62,576 nt of DNA, from the NCBI GenBank assembly GCA_011605725.1, contig JAAOZP010000020.1, positions 1 to 62,576 of the forward strand, in the 5' to 3' direction. This document shows positions 39,182 through 49,583 of this stretch, in pieces; within the stretch, counting starts at the first letter, position 1; each line of letters begins with the position of its first letter. The position numbers were made by a program, and so were the translations under genes. Source of the DNA: Nitrososphaerota archaeon. GTDB lineage: Archaea; Thermoproteota; EX4484-205; JAAOZP01. The notes under the pieces were generated by a model. That model was not told the DNA's origin. It saw nothing but the letters and a program-made list of their open reading frames with translations, and made no database searches.

Positions 39182-39481
39182 CCTTAGCTCTTACCCGGAG
39201 CCTCATGTTATAAGTTTTTTGCTACTAAAGCTCCTAGTAGCAGTTGATGCTTGCGAGTCAACTTATTCTCAGCAATACGGAGAAGAATGCTTTACCCATA
39301 CGAGTATCATTGTGCTTTCAATCCTAGGTTGATCAGGAGTCTGTTTAACAGTACCGGTGGGCTCTGTCTGCCGTTAGAAAAATCGCGTTTTTAACATTAT
39401 CGTGTTAATTCAAAGGGGGATGCAGCCTTTCTTTTTGTAAAAACTTAAATGCTAGTTTTCCCATCGGTGTTCGAACCTAAA

Positions 39482-40765
39482 ATGAGCCAATCCAAGTTTG
39501 GCGGGATGACGGTTCTTCTCATAGCAATCTCCCTCATCATAGGACTGGCTGCAGGATACTTCATAGGCGGGGCTGGCAAAGTTTCTGAGTCACAATACAA
39601 CCAGCTTCAAACGTCTTACAACCAGCTTCAAACACTGTATAACCAGCTTCAGCAGAACGTCAGTTCGCTTACCAGGAAGCTTAAGGCTGGATTCATCTAT
39701 GTCGGTCCCGTAGAAGACTTCGGCTGGACTGCTGCACACGACCAAGCTAGGAGGTATGTTGAGAAAATCTTTCCATGGCTTAAAACTGTTTACGTAGAGT
39801 CTGTTCCTGAGGCTGAGGCTGCAAGGTATATTGAGAGGCTTGTTACTGAGGAAAATGTCGACGTGGTTTTCACAACAAGCTTCGGATTCATGGATCCAAC
39901 GATAGAGGTTGCTAAAAAATATCCTAACAAGATATTCTTCCACTGCAGTGGTTTTAAAAGACTTCCTAACTCTGGAACATATTTTGCAGACTTCTATCAA
40001 GTTTATTATCTGAACGGTTTGATGGCTGGTGCCTTAACCAAAAGTAATAAGGTCGGCTACGTAGCGGCCTACCCGATACCGGAGGTCCTCAGACACATCA
40101 ACGCGTTCGCACTGGGTGTTAAGGAGGCTAATCCTGAGGCAAAGGTCTATGTGAAATGGCTCTTCGCATGGTATGATCCGACTCACGCTAGAGAGGCTGC
40201 TCAGGCGCTTGTGAGCATTGGCGTCGATACAATCGCTTTCACGGAGGACTCCACGGCCATTGTCGAGTTCGCTCAGGAACAATACCGGCAGGGGAAGACG
40301 CTCTACGTTTTCTCCCACTACAGTCCGATGCAGGATGTTGGTCCCGACGTTGTTGTAAGCGGTCAGATAGTCCACTGGGAAGTTATTTACGCCGACATAC
40401 TTATGAAGATCAGGTTAGGCATATACAATAATACTAACCTGGCTAATGTCGACTACCTTTGGCTGCTCAAGGAAGGCGCGGTGGAACTCGGTGGCAAGCC
40501 CGGAGTACCGATAAACCCGAAGTTCGTAAATGAGTTGAAAAGTAAGTATCTGCCAGGACAATCAATAAGTGTGTACGATGCTGTTATAACTAGGCTTGCG
40601 TTGATGAAGGACGCTAACGTGCCTTTCGACCCGTTCACCGGACCGATTAGAGACCAGGCTGGAAACGTTAAGATTCCGGCAGGCCAGAGGGCGACTATAG
40701 CTCAGCTCTTCACAGAGGAAATGAACTGGTTCCTGGAAAACATAGTAGGATCGCCGTCAGGATGA
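39482..40765 (+). CDS. BMP-family ABC substrate-binding protein (nucleoside/purine)
   Basis: N-terminal TM anchor, GFIYVGPVEDFGW, FTTSFGFMD, PEVLRHINAF. Confidence 0.92.
   Translation: MSQSKFGGMTVLLIAISLIIGLAAGYFIGGAGKVSESQYNQLQTSYNQLQTLYNQLQQNVSSLTRKLKAGFIYVGPVEDFGWTAAHDQARRYVEKIFPWLKTVYVESVPEAEAARYIERLVTEENVDVVFTTSFGFMDPTIEVAKKYPNKIFFHCSGFKRLPNSGTYFADFYQVYYLNGLMAGALTKSNKVGYVAAYPIPEVLRHINAFALGVKEANPEAKVYVKWLFAWYDPTHAREAAQALVSIGVDTIAFTEDSTAIVEFAQEQYRQGKTLYVFSHYSPMQDVGPDVVVSGQIVHWEVIYADILMKIRLGIYNNTNLANVDYLWLLKEGAVELGGKPGVPINPKFVNELKSKYLPGQSISVYDAVITRLALMKDANVPFDPFTGPIRDQAGNVKIPAGQRATIAQLFTEEMNWFLENIVGSPSG
39596..39652 (+). repeat. 21-bp coding tandem repeat (YNQLQTS/L, ~2.7 copies), coiled-coil stalk
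   Basis: TACAACCAGCTTCAAAC units. Confidence 0.85.
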
Positions 40766-40817
40766 TCCTAGAAACTTCACCCCAACCTGTTTTTTCTCCA
40801 AAGGATGTCGACAAGGC

Positions 40818-42332
40818 TTGACGAATAATTCTAATTATCTTGTTGAAATGCGGGGGATTGTTAAACGGTTCCCAACGGTTGTCGCGCTGAATAATGTTGA
40901 CTTCAGGGTTAGACAGGGTGAAATACATGCTCTTCTAGGCGAAAACGGTGCTGGCAAAACAACCCTTATGAGAATACTCTACGGCATGTATAAGCCTGAC
41001 GCTGGGGAGATAATTGTGGAGGGCCGTAGGGTAATCATAGGTTCGCCAAGGGATGCGTTGAAAATGGGGATAGGAATGGTACACCAGCATTTCATGCTTG
41101 TGGATAAGCTTACTGTTTTAGAGAACATTGCCCTATTTGTGGAGGAAGGCTTCAGGATAGGCTTCGACCGGATCAGGAGTAGGGTGGAGGAGCTTTCTAA
41201 GACGTATGGTTTAAAGATTGATCTTGATGCGAAAATCTGGCAGCTTTCAGCAGGGGAGCAGCAGAAGGTTGAAATAGTGAAAACGCTTTACAGGAATGTT
41301 AAACTTCTGATCTTGGACGAGCCTACTTCAGTCTTGACACCCGTCGAGTCGGAGGAGCTTTTCAAATCTTTAAGGAAAATGGTTGAGACGGGCAAGTCAA
41401 TAATTCTGATAACGCATAGGCTTAACGAGGCGCTTATGGCCAGTGATTCCATAACTGTCCTAAGGAAGGGGAGAGTTGTGGCGGCTGAAGTTAAGCCGCG
41501 TGAGGCAAGCAGGCTAGACTTGGTTAACATGATCGTCGGCAGGCCTTTGGAGTTCAGGCCTAGTGTTGACAGTTTCAAGAAAAACGGTAAGCCGGTTTTA
41601 GAAGTCGAGAACCTAAGAGTTTTGGATGACAGGGGGCTCGTGGCAGTCAAGGATGTTTCCTTCATCCTAAGGGAGGGGGAGATTCTGGGTGTAGCCGGGG
41701 TTGCGGGGAATGGGCAAAGGGAGCTTGTTGAAGCACTCACAGGTCTGAGGAAAGTTGAAAAAGGAATTGTGAAAATAATGGGAGTGAATGTTACGAACGC
41801 TTCTCCTAAGAATATTATCCGGCTTGGTGTTGCCCATATTCCCGAGGACAGGTTCAGGTATGGTGTTGCACCAGATCTTAGTGTTGCAGAAAACATGGTT
41901 ATGAAGCTCTATGGGGAAAAGTTTTCAAGGAAAATATTTATCGATAGTGAGGCAATTAGAAAAGAGACTGAGAAACTTGTCCAGGAGTTTGAGATAGTTA
42001 CGCCAAGCGTGAATGCTCCAGTAAGCCTTCTCTCAGGCGGGAATATTCAGAAGCTGATAGTGGCGAGAGAACTCTCGATAAATCCTAAGATACTTATCGC
42101 AAGCAACCCTACTTCAGGGCTGGATGTTGCTTCAACAAACTATGTGCACTGGGTTTTCCACAGGCTTAGAGAAGCCGGTGGCAGTGTTCTCCTTGTTTCC
42201 GAAGACTTGGATGAGGTTTTAGCTTTAAGCAACAGGATACTTGTGATGAAGGAGGGTAAAATAGTCAGAGAATTTGGAGAGGGAGCTTCAATAAGCGAAG
42301 TCGGGCTTGCGATGACCGTGGGAGCGGCGTAG
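40818..42332 (+). CDS. CUT2-type ABC transporter ATP-binding protein
   Basis: GENGAGKTT, LDEPT, LSGGNIQK; duplicated NBD. Confidence 0.95.
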   Translation: MTNNSNYLVEMRGIVKRFPTVVALNNVDFRVRQGEIHALLGENGAGKTTLMRILYGMYKPDAGEIIVEGRRVIIGSPRDALKMGIGMVHQHFMLVDKLTVLENIALFVEEGFRIGFDRIRSRVEELSKTYGLKIDLDAKIWQLSAGEQQKVEIVKTLYRNVKLLILDEPTSVLTPVESEELFKSLRKMVETGKSIILITHRLNEALMASDSITVLRKGRVVAAEVKPREASRLDLVNMIVGRPLEFRPSVDSFKKNGKPVLEVENLRVLDDRGLVAVKDVSFILREGEILGVAGVAGNGQRELVEALTGLRKVEKGIVKIMGVNVTNASPKNIIRLGVAHIPEDRFRYGVAPDLSVAENMVMKLYGEKFSRKIFIDSEAIRKETEKLVQEFEIVTPSVNAPVSLLSGGNIQKLIVARELSINPKILIASNPTSGLDVASTNYVHWVFHRLREAGGSVLLVSEDLDEVLALSNRILVMKEGKIVREFGEGASISEVGLAMTVGAA

Positions 42333-42384
42333 TCATGAAAAAGAGAAGCATCAGGATACGCGTGTTGAAACGGCGGTGTGAAGA

Positions 42385-43461
42385 TTGGAGATAAGGCTGG
42401 AGAGAAGGCCAACCGTATCTAGAAGGATAAACATATCTGTCAGAATACTCGCCATTCTGTTTTCACTCCCGTTTATAGGTCTCTTATTCGCCGCCTACGG
42501 TGTGAACCCGGTTGACGCCTATCTGAGAATTTTTACCGGGGGATTTGGAAGCCCGTATGGCTTCTCCGAGACAATCGTGAAGACACTGCCAATAGGGTTA
42601 TGCGCTGTCGGGCTCACCTTCGCCTATAAGGCTAGAGTGTTAAACATAGGTGCTGAGGGGCAGCTAATAATGGGCTCCATTGCTGCAACCTGGGTTGCAC
42701 TGTATTCTGGTCTTCCGCAAAGCGTAATAACAATCATTATGCTGCTTGCAGGTTTTACTATTGGAGCCTTATGGGCATTGTTGCCTGCTGTGTTGAAATC
42801 GGAACTAAATATTAATGAAGTCATAGTGACTCTTATGATGAACTACATATCGTTGAAGCTGCTGGACTATGCGGTGACCGGCCCATGGAGAGGGTTAACG
42901 CAATGGGGGTTTCCCCAGACTGATCCCTTCCCCAGCTATGCCAGATTCCCCGTCATAGGGGGAACCAGAATACACTACTATACTCTTGCACTACTCCTGG
43001 TTTCGACACTCATTCTATACGTGTTGATGAAGAGAACTAAAATCGGCTACGAGATCAGAATTGTGGGAAGTAATCCTGAGGCAGCTAAATATGCTGGCAT
43101 AAGCGTTAACAGGAATATTCTGCTGGTCATGCTGGTCAGCGGTGGGCTTGCGGGGATTGCCGGGGTCGGGGAGGCCGCCGGCATACATGGGCGCCTCATA
43201 AGGGGAATATCCCCCGGATACGGTTATACCGCTATAATCCCTGCCTGGCTCGGGGGGCTTGACCCTCTCGGAACCATTGTAGCATCGTTCTTCATAAGCG
43301 GCTTGATGGTTGGGAGCGACGCGATACAGGTTTCCCTCAGATTGCCATCCAGCCTTGTATACGTGTTCAACGGCGTGATTCTACTCTTCATTGTAAGCAG
43401 CGAGGTTCTCGCTAGGTACAGAATACTGTTTAAAATAGGTGGTAGAAAAATATGGATATAG
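42385..43461 (+). CDS. ABC transporter permease
   Basis: NIGAEGQ, INEVIVTLMMNY, multi-TM. Confidence 0.93.
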   Translation: MEIRLERRPTVSRRINISVRILAILFSLPFIGLLFAAYGVNPVDAYLRIFTGGFGSPYGFSETIVKTLPIGLCAVGLTFAYKARVLNIGAEGQLIMGSIAATWVALYSGLPQSVITIIMLLAGFTIGALWALLPAVLKSELNINEVIVTLMMNYISLKLLDYAVTGPWRGLTQWGFPQTDPFPSYARFPVIGGTRIHYYTLALLLVSTLILYVLMKRTKIGYEIRIVGSNPEAAKYAGISVNRNILLVMLVSGGLAGIAGVGEAAGIHGRLIRGISPGYGYTAIIPAWLGGLDPLGTIVASFFISGLMVGSDAIQVSLRLPSSLVYVFNGVILLFIVSSEVLARYRILFKIGGRKIWI

Positions 43462-44366
43462 CTGCTTCAATACTGGCTGAAGCCGTTAGAGCAGGAACAC
43501 CACTAATGCTCGCGACCCTGGGAGAAATATACTGTGAAAGATCCGGAGTTTTAAACCTTGGGCTTGACGGTGTGATGACGATGGGGGCACTAGCAGGCTT
43601 TGCCGTAACATGGCTCACAGGGTCTGTCTGGATCGGCTTGGCTGCAGCAATTCTTGTCGGAGGCCTGTTCTCCCTAATACATGCATTCACAAGCATAAGC
43701 CTTGGAGTCAACCAGACTGTTTCAGGGCTGGCTCTCGCAATGCTGGGGACAGGAGTCAGCAGCCTGCTGGGAGCAAAATACGTAGGACAACCTCTTAGAG
43801 ACCGTCTCCCCATACTTCAAATACCGGTTTTGTCGGAAATCCCTTTGGCAGGTGGCTTCTTCTGCCACGACCCAGTCGTATATTTGGGAATGATTCTTTC
43901 AATATTAATGTGGTTCATACTGTTTAAAACAAGGCTTGGAATAATAGTTAGAGCCGTGGGTGAGAAGCCTGAAGCTGCAGACGCTGCAGGGGTCAACGTA
44001 TACTTTGTAAGATACTTTTGTGTTTTTCTAGGCGGAGTGCTCGGGGGGCTCGGCGGTGCTTACGTGACCCTCTCCTATACTCCGGGCTGGAGGGAGGGTG
44101 TAATGATGGGTAGAGGATGGATAGCCCTAGCGCTTACAATATTCTCCTTATGGAATCCTCTTGGAAGCTTGATCGGAGCATATCTTTTCGGAGGGGTCGA
44201 AGTCCTTCAGTTTCACCTTCAGGAATACGGGGTTCCGGCAAGCCTACTTGGCGCACTTCCCTATGTTTCTACAATCATAGTGTTGGTCGCCAGCTCACTA
44301 GGCTTATTGAGGAAAAAGCTTGGCGCACCCGCGGCTCTAGGCGTGCCTTATAGAAGAGAAGGCTAA
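43452..44366 (+). CDS. ABC transporter permease
   Basis: ERSGVLNLGLDG, GRGWIALA. Confidence 0.93.
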   Translation: MDIAASILAEAVRAGTPLMLATLGEIYCERSGVLNLGLDGVMTMGALAGFAVTWLTGSVWIGLAAAILVGGLFSLIHAFTSISLGVNQTVSGLALAMLGTGVSSLLGAKYVGQPLRDRLPILQIPVLSEIPLAGGFFCHDPVVYLGMILSILMWFILFKTRLGIIVRAVGEKPEAADAAGVNVYFVRYFCVFLGGVLGGLGGAYVTLSYTPGWREGVMMGRGWIALALTIFSLWNPLGSLIGAYLFGGVEVLQFHLQEYGVPASLLGALPYVSTIIVLVASSLGLLRKKLGAPAALGVPYRREG

Positions 44367-44447
44367 AAACCAGTGTCTTGATTTAACAATGTGAAAACTT
44401 TTTCACACTCAAAAACTTTATTATGTTTCCAACGGTGTTTTTCCCTC

Positions 44448-45464
44448 ATGAGAAGGATTAGGATGGGAATCGTCGGTGTCGGGATTCAGGGTGAACAACA
44501 GTTGAAATCATTTAAAACAATAGAGCGCGCCGAAGTCCTAGCAGTAGCGGATTCGAACGTGAAAAGGGCTAGAGAGATTGGAGAAAAATACAATGTTCCA
44601 AGAATATACCCTGATTTCCAAGGTCTCGCTAAAGATCCTGATGTTGAAGCAGTTTCCATCTGTACACCGGACCACTTACACACGGAGCCTGCGCTCGCGG
44701 CTCTCGAGAACAATAAGCATCTGCTCGTGGAGAAGCCTCTTGCGACAAACGTGTCTGACGCTGAGAAGATAGTTGAGGAGGCGAGTAAACGCGGCCTCAA
44801 GCTAATGGTTAACTTCAGCAACAGATGGAGCCCTCCCTTCCAGTTGGCTAAGGACACGATAGAGAAAGGCGAGATTGGTAGGGTTGTCAACGCGTATGCG
44901 CGTTTAAGCGATACAATATATGTTCCAACTGAAATGATAAAATGGTCGGATAAGACGAGTGTTCTCTGGTTTCTCGGAAGCCATGTCTTCGACCTGCTTA
45001 GATGGTTGTTCAAAGACGAGGCTAAAAGAGTTTTCGGAGTTTCAAGATCGGTTGTGTTAAACTCAATGGGAATCCGGACCCCGGACTTCTATCAGGCTAT
45101 AATCGAGTTTCAAAATGGAGTCACAGCCGTGATGGAGAACAGTTGGATCCTCCCCAGGGGTGAACCATTCATAGTGGATTTTAAAATGGAGGTTTTCGGA
45201 GAGAAAGGGGCAATCAGAATAGATAGGACTCATCACGGCAGCGTAAGAATCGTGAATGATCATAAGATGAGTTTTCCCGACGTGTATGTTTTGCCCAGTG
45301 AAAAAGTCAGCATGTTCCTCAAGGCTGGGTTAGAATGCTTTGTAGAGTGCTTGATTCATGACTCTAAGCCTCCTGTAACTGGGGAAGATGGCCTCATAGT
45401 GACGAGAGTCATAAGCGCTATTATTAGGTCAAGCGAAACAGGCGTGCCTCTTGAAATCGGCTGA
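44448..45464 (+). CDS. Gfo/Idh/MocA family oxidoreductase
   Basis: GIVGVG, TPDHLH, VEKPLA. Confidence 0.92.
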   Translation: MRRIRMGIVGVGIQGEQQLKSFKTIERAEVLAVADSNVKRAREIGEKYNVPRIYPDFQGLAKDPDVEAVSICTPDHLHTEPALAALENNKHLLVEKPLATNVSDAEKIVEEASKRGLKLMVNFSNRWSPPFQLAKDTIEKGEIGRVVNAYARLSDTIYVPTEMIKWSDKTSVLWFLGSHVFDLLRWLFKDEAKRVFGVSRSVVLNSMGIRTPDFYQAIIEFQNGVTAVMENSWILPRGEPFIVDFKMEVFGEKGAIRIDRTHHGSVRIVNDHKMSFPDVYVLPSEKVSMFLKAGLECFVECLIHDSKPPVTGEDGLIVTRVISAIIRSSETGVPLEIG

Positions 45465-45593
45465 ACAAGCTTAAACACCCGTATTGCTTTCAAATATGGA
45501 AGCCTCGGATTTCCGTATTGCCCGGATTTAAAGGCATTGCTCCATTTTAATCCTGCTGTAAAGATTAAATTCCAGTATGCTTTAGAAATCAGG

Positions 45594-46679
45594 ATGAATC
45601 CAAGGGAAAGATGTATTAAATCCATCGAGTTCGAGGAAATAGACCGGGTGCCCACCGTCTTTAGGGCGAGGCCTGAAGTAATTTCACTGCTTGAAGAACA
45701 CCTAAACGTGAAGGGGTTTGACAATATTTGCTCTAAACTCGACGTTGATGTCAGGTTTGCCCCAGCCATCAGCTTAACCGGCGGCTATATTCCAAAAGGA
45801 GTCGAAGTTAAGGAGGGACCGTATGAGGCTGCTTACACGATTGGGTGGAGCGGTGAATATGAGCTTAGGAAAGACAGGTGGGGAATAATAAGCAAGTGGT
45901 CGAGTAAAACATATACTTACCAGTATGTCGATCACCCTCTTAAGACAATAGATGTTGAAGACTATGTCTGGCCCGAAGTTAATGAAGAAAGCTTCGAGCT
46001 TGTGAAAAAATACAGGGCGGAAAACGAAGATTTCTGCGTCTACGGTGGCGTGATACATCTTTTCGAGATCGCGTGGCAGCTGACGGGCTTTAACGAGCTC
46101 ATGGTGATGATGAGGAGGAACGATCCTAGGATTGGAAAAATTCTCGACACGCTTAACGATATACGCTTGAAACAGGCTAAAATGCTGCTGGAGGCTGGTG
46201 TCGACATTGTTTACGATGGTGATGACGTGGGTGCGCAGAACACCATGATAATATCTCCAGTTCTTTGGCGAAGGTTTCTCAAGCCTAGGTACAAGCTCCT
46301 GTCAGACTTGATTCATTCTAAGGGTAAGTATTTCTTCTTTCACAGTGACGGTTGGATTGAGCCCATTATTCATGACTTGATTGAAATAGGTGTTGACGTA
46401 CTCAACCCAGTTCAACCGGAAACCATGGATCCTGTTAGGGTGAGAGAGCTGTGCGGAAGCAAGATGGCTTTTGAAGGCACGCTTTCTATTCAAAAAACGC
46501 TTCCTTTCGGTAGCGTTGAGGACGTTAGAAAAGAGGTTAGGAAAAGAATTAGGGAACTCGGATCAACCGGGCTAATCCTTGGCCCTTCACACTCTCTGCA
46601 GCCGGACACTCCGTTGGAAAACATTCTTGCAATCTATGACACTGTTAAACGAGAATCCCTGAAACATCTCAGCTGTTAA
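45594..46679 (+). CDS. Uroporphyrinogen decarboxylase / MtaA-like family protein
   Basis: DRVP, GDDVG, HSDG, LNPVQP, PSHSLQPDTP. Confidence 0.88.
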   Translation: MNPRERCIKSIEFEEIDRVPTVFRARPEVISLLEEHLNVKGFDNICSKLDVDVRFAPAISLTGGYIPKGVEVKEGPYEAAYTIGWSGEYELRKDRWGIISKWSSKTYTYQYVDHPLKTIDVEDYVWPEVNEESFELVKKYRAENEDFCVYGGVIHLFEIAWQLTGFNELMVMMRRNDPRIGKILDTLNDIRLKQAKMLLEAGVDIVYDGDDVGAQNTMIISPVLWRRFLKPRYKLLSDLIHSKGKYFFFHSDGWIEPIIHDLIEIGVDVLNPVQPETMDPVRVRELCGSKMAFEGTLSIQKTLPFGSVEDVRKEVRKRIRELGSTGLILGPSHSLQPDTPLENILAIYDTVKRESLKHLSC

Positions 46680-46781
46680 AGACTATTGCTAAACATGCCC
46701 GTCCACTCCCTTGTTTGAAGCAGCATGGTGTTTCAATCAGTTAATGGTAAGCTTTAAATTAGCTGTTGAAAAAACATTTGC

Positions 46782-47987
46782 ATGCTGGCGATAAAAGGGG
46801 GAAAACCGGTTCGAACCAAGCCTTGGCCAGCATGGCCCGTCTACGATGAAAGAGAAACGAAGGCTCTTGAAGAAACCTTGAAAAGCAGGTTTTGGGGAGG
46901 AGGCGTTGGGGAAAGCGGTCCTAAGGAAAAAGAGTTTGAAGAAAAATTCTCCATGTTCCACGGCTGCAGCCACGGGGTTTGCGTTTCAAGCGGTACGGAA
47001 GCCTTACACCTGGCTCTTCTTTCAATCGGAATAGGCGCGGGGGATGAGGTTATTGTGCCCGCGCTCACGTTCTGGGCGACTGGCAGTGCCGTCTTAATGG
47101 CTGGAGGAAACCCAGTCATAGTGGATGTTGACAAAGAGTCGTATTGCATGAGCTTTGAAGAAGTTGAGAAAAGCATTACGAGTAGAACCAAAGCCATAAT
47201 TTCAGTCTACAATTACGGTAACTCTCCAGACATGGATAAGCTGTTTGAAATCGCGGAGAAGCATGGTCTCGCGTTAATAGAGGATTGCGCGAGAGCCCAC
47301 GGCTTCATGTGGAGGAACAAGCCGGCGGGATCGATTGGAGACATTGGGTGCTTCAGCTTTCAACAGGGGAAATTCATGACTGCTGGAGAAGGGGGAATAA
47401 TAATAACTAACAATAGGCTTTACGCTGAAAGATGCAGAGCATTAAGAACATGCGGAAGAATAAGGGGAGACGACGTGTACAGCGTGGGGGTTGAATACTG
47501 GTGGAACTGGTGGAATTTCAGGATGACGCAGTTTCAAGCAGCAATACTGCTGGTCCAGTTGGAAAGGCTTGAGGAACAGACGAAAACCAGGCAGGCTAAC
47601 AGTGAATACTTGAGCATGAGGCTGAGTGAAATCGAGGGAATAACCACGCTTAAGATCGATGAAAGGCTGACTAGGCATCAGCCTTGGCCATACTTGTTTA
47701 AATACGATTCGAAATGTTTCGAAAACATTCCGGTTGAAAGATTCGTGGAGGCTCTTAAGGCTGAAGGTATCCCCTGCAGCACAATAGACCATCCGCCTCT
47801 CAGCATGACGCTGACAGCCCGCGGCTCCAGGTCGCGAATAATAAGAAAGCCGAAATATCCTGTGGCGGAGAGCGCCATCCGAGAAGCCGTTACACTGCCT
47901 CAATCAATATTCCTAGGGACTAAGGAGGACATGGATGATGTGGTGGAGGCTATAGTTAAGATTAAAACTCATTTAGGCGAACTATAG
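46782..47987 (+). CDS. DegT/DnrJ/EryC1/StrS PLP-dependent aminotransferase
   Basis: SSGTEAL, IEDCA, FSFQQGKFMTAGEGG, NFRM. Confidence 0.93.
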   Translation: MLAIKGGKPVRTKPWPAWPVYDERETKALEETLKSRFWGGGVGESGPKEKEFEEKFSMFHGCSHGVCVSSGTEALHLALLSIGIGAGDEVIVPALTFWATGSAVLMAGGNPVIVDVDKESYCMSFEEVEKSITSRTKAIISVYNYGNSPDMDKLFEIAEKHGLALIEDCARAHGFMWRNKPAGSIGDIGCFSFQQGKFMTAGEGGIIITNNRLYAERCRALRTCGRIRGDDVYSVGVEYWWNWWNFRMTQFQAAILLVQLERLEEQTKTRQANSEYLSMRLSEIEGITTLKIDERLTRHQPWPYLFKYDSKCFENIPVERFVEALKAEGIPCSTIDHPPLSMTLTARGSRSRIIRKPKYPVAESAIREAVTLPQSIFLGTKEDMDDVVEAIVKIKTHLGEL

Positions 47988-48007
47988 TTTCTTAATCAAC
48001 TTAACGG

Positions 48008-48577
48008 TTAAAGGTTTCCGCGATAATACTCAGTAGCTGGACATCCTACGCATTCTTCATATTTGTACCTGTTACAGTAGTTGCAATTAACGCCGCAAGG
48101 AGCTTCTTTCAAACCTCTATGCGTTAAGCGTATTCTTACAGGCATAAGCGGAGAGTAACCGACGTCTTTTATCTGGTAGAACTCTGACCTACGTATTCCC
48201 CTTCCGCTTCTCAAAGAGCATTTCCCCATGGAGATGCTTTCCAGAGTCTTCTGGTTTTCAGCCGCTATTAGAGCCATAATGTTATACCCGCCAATCAGCG
48301 TGAAAATATAGATTATCCGGGGACATTCCTCGAAGCGTTTAAGAAGCCTCTCAATAGTCTCAGCCCCATCTGTTTCAATTAGGACCATTGCTGGACGCAT
48401 GTTAAAATATTTCAGGTTCAATTGAGCCGATACTCTGATCGCCTCGTCTTCAAGGAGTTTTTCAAGCCGCTTCTTAACCCCCATACTCGTATAACCAGTC
48501 ATCTTTCCCAGTTTCTCTAGAGTTGTGCGACCGTCGACCTGTAATTGAGATATTAATTTCCTATCCACCTCGTCCAT
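48008..48577 (-). CDS. Lrp/AsnC-family regulator with C-terminal Cys4 cluster motif
   Basis: MDEVDRKLISQLQVDGR HTH; tail PCGVNCNYC..CVGCP. Confidence 0.88.
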   Translation of the reverse strand: MDEVDRKLISQLQVDGRTTLEKLGKMTGYTSMGVKKRLEKLLEDEAIRVSAQLNLKYFNMRPAMVLIETDGAETIERLLKRFEECPRIIYIFTLIGGYNIMALIAAENQKTLESISMGKCSLRSGRGIRRSEFYQIKDVGYSPLMPVRIRLTHRGLKEAPCGVNCNYCNRYKYEECVGCPATEYYRGNL

Positions 48578-48580
48578 CGC

Positions 48581-48626
48581 GTTTAAGTCATAAACGGAAG
48601 GTATAAATATTGTTTATGATTTAAAC
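48581..48626. promoter_or_regulatory. Paired GTTTA-N5-TAAAC operators flanking a TATA box in the divergent promoter
   Basis: GTTTAAGTCATAAAC (48581-95) and GTTTATGATTTAAAC (48612-26) are a 14/15 inverted repeat; TATAAATA lies between them. Confidence 0.75.
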
Positions 48627-48635
48627 TGTCCATTC

Positions 48636-49583
48636 ATGGGCGGAAAATCACAGGCACAACACGCTGGGCTAAGAAGAGAAGAGTTAGAGGAGCAGGAGAA
48701 AAAGCTTAGAGAGAAAATGAGCAGGGTTAAGCATAAGGTCGCGGTAATCAGCGGCAAGGGTGGAGTAGGTAAAACAGTGGTGACAGTAAACCTAGCAATA
48801 GCCTTTGCTAAGAAGTGTAATCCAGGTAAAGTAGGTATTCTCGATGCGGATATTCACGGTCCATGCGTGCCCAGGATGCTTGGCATGAAGGGAGGTATTC
48901 TAAGAGTGAGCCCGCTTGGAGCATTCCCAGCAACGGGTCCATTAGGGATCAAAGTTGTTTCAATAGACTTCCTTCTACCCAATCAGGAGACGCCAGTTAT
49001 ATGGCGCGGCCCCCTTAAGATGTCAGCGATAAGGCAATTCCTATCCGATATTACTTGGGGCGAGCTTGACCTCCTTCTCATCGACCTTCCCCCGGGTACT
49101 GGCGATGAAGCACTCAGCGTCATGCAGCTACTACCGGAGATGGATGGTGTGATTATCGTCACAATACCTTCAGAGGTTTCTAAAGACGTGGTTAGGAAGG
49201 CAGTAACGTTTGCTAGAGAGCTTAACGTACCTATTATAGGGCTAGTTGAAAACATGAGTGGATTAGTATGTCCAAAGTGCGGGACGAGAATAGATGTTTT
49301 CAAATCAGGAGGGGGAGAGGAAATGGCAAGGGAAATGAACATCAGTTTCCTAGGGCGAATACCTTTAGATCCACGCGTATGTGAGGCATCAGACGAGGGC
49401 ATGCCCTTCATAATGAGTCAAGAGGACTTACCCGCAGCTAGATCCTTCGCTGAAATAGCTGAGAAAGTATGGGGTTTCCTCGCCGAAAAAAGCGGTGTCG
49501 AGATGAAGACTTGTTCCGAGCATGTTCGGGATACGGATAAAAACGTGTTAAGACAGGAGGATGATAAGGAGGTGGATTGTTAA
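48636..49583 (+). CDS. apbC: Mrp/ApbC/NBP35 Fe-S carrier ATPase
   Basis: SGKGGVGKT, DADIHGP, WRGP, DLPPGTGD, ENMS..CPKC. Confidence 0.95.
   Translation: MGGKSQAQHAGLRREELEEQEKKLREKMSRVKHKVAVISGKGGVGKTVVTVNLAIAFAKKCNPGKVGILDADIHGPCVPRMLGMKGGILRVSPLGAFPATGPLGIKVVSIDFLLPNQETPVIWRGPLKMSAIRQFLSDITWGELDLLLIDLPPGTGDEALSVMQLLPEMDGVIIVTIPSEVSKDVVRKAVTFARELNVPIIGLVENMSGLVCPKCGTRIDVFKSGGGEEMAREMNISFLGRIPLDPRVCEASDEGMPFIMSQEDLPAARSFAEIAEKVWGFLAEKSGVEMKTCSEHVRDTDKNVLRQEDDKEVDC

Noticed and set aside
41288-41896. Long antisense ORFs overlapping known genes (e.g. 41288..41896, 44486..45013, 53207..53740)
   Set aside because: Shadow frames of well-supported genes on the opposite strand
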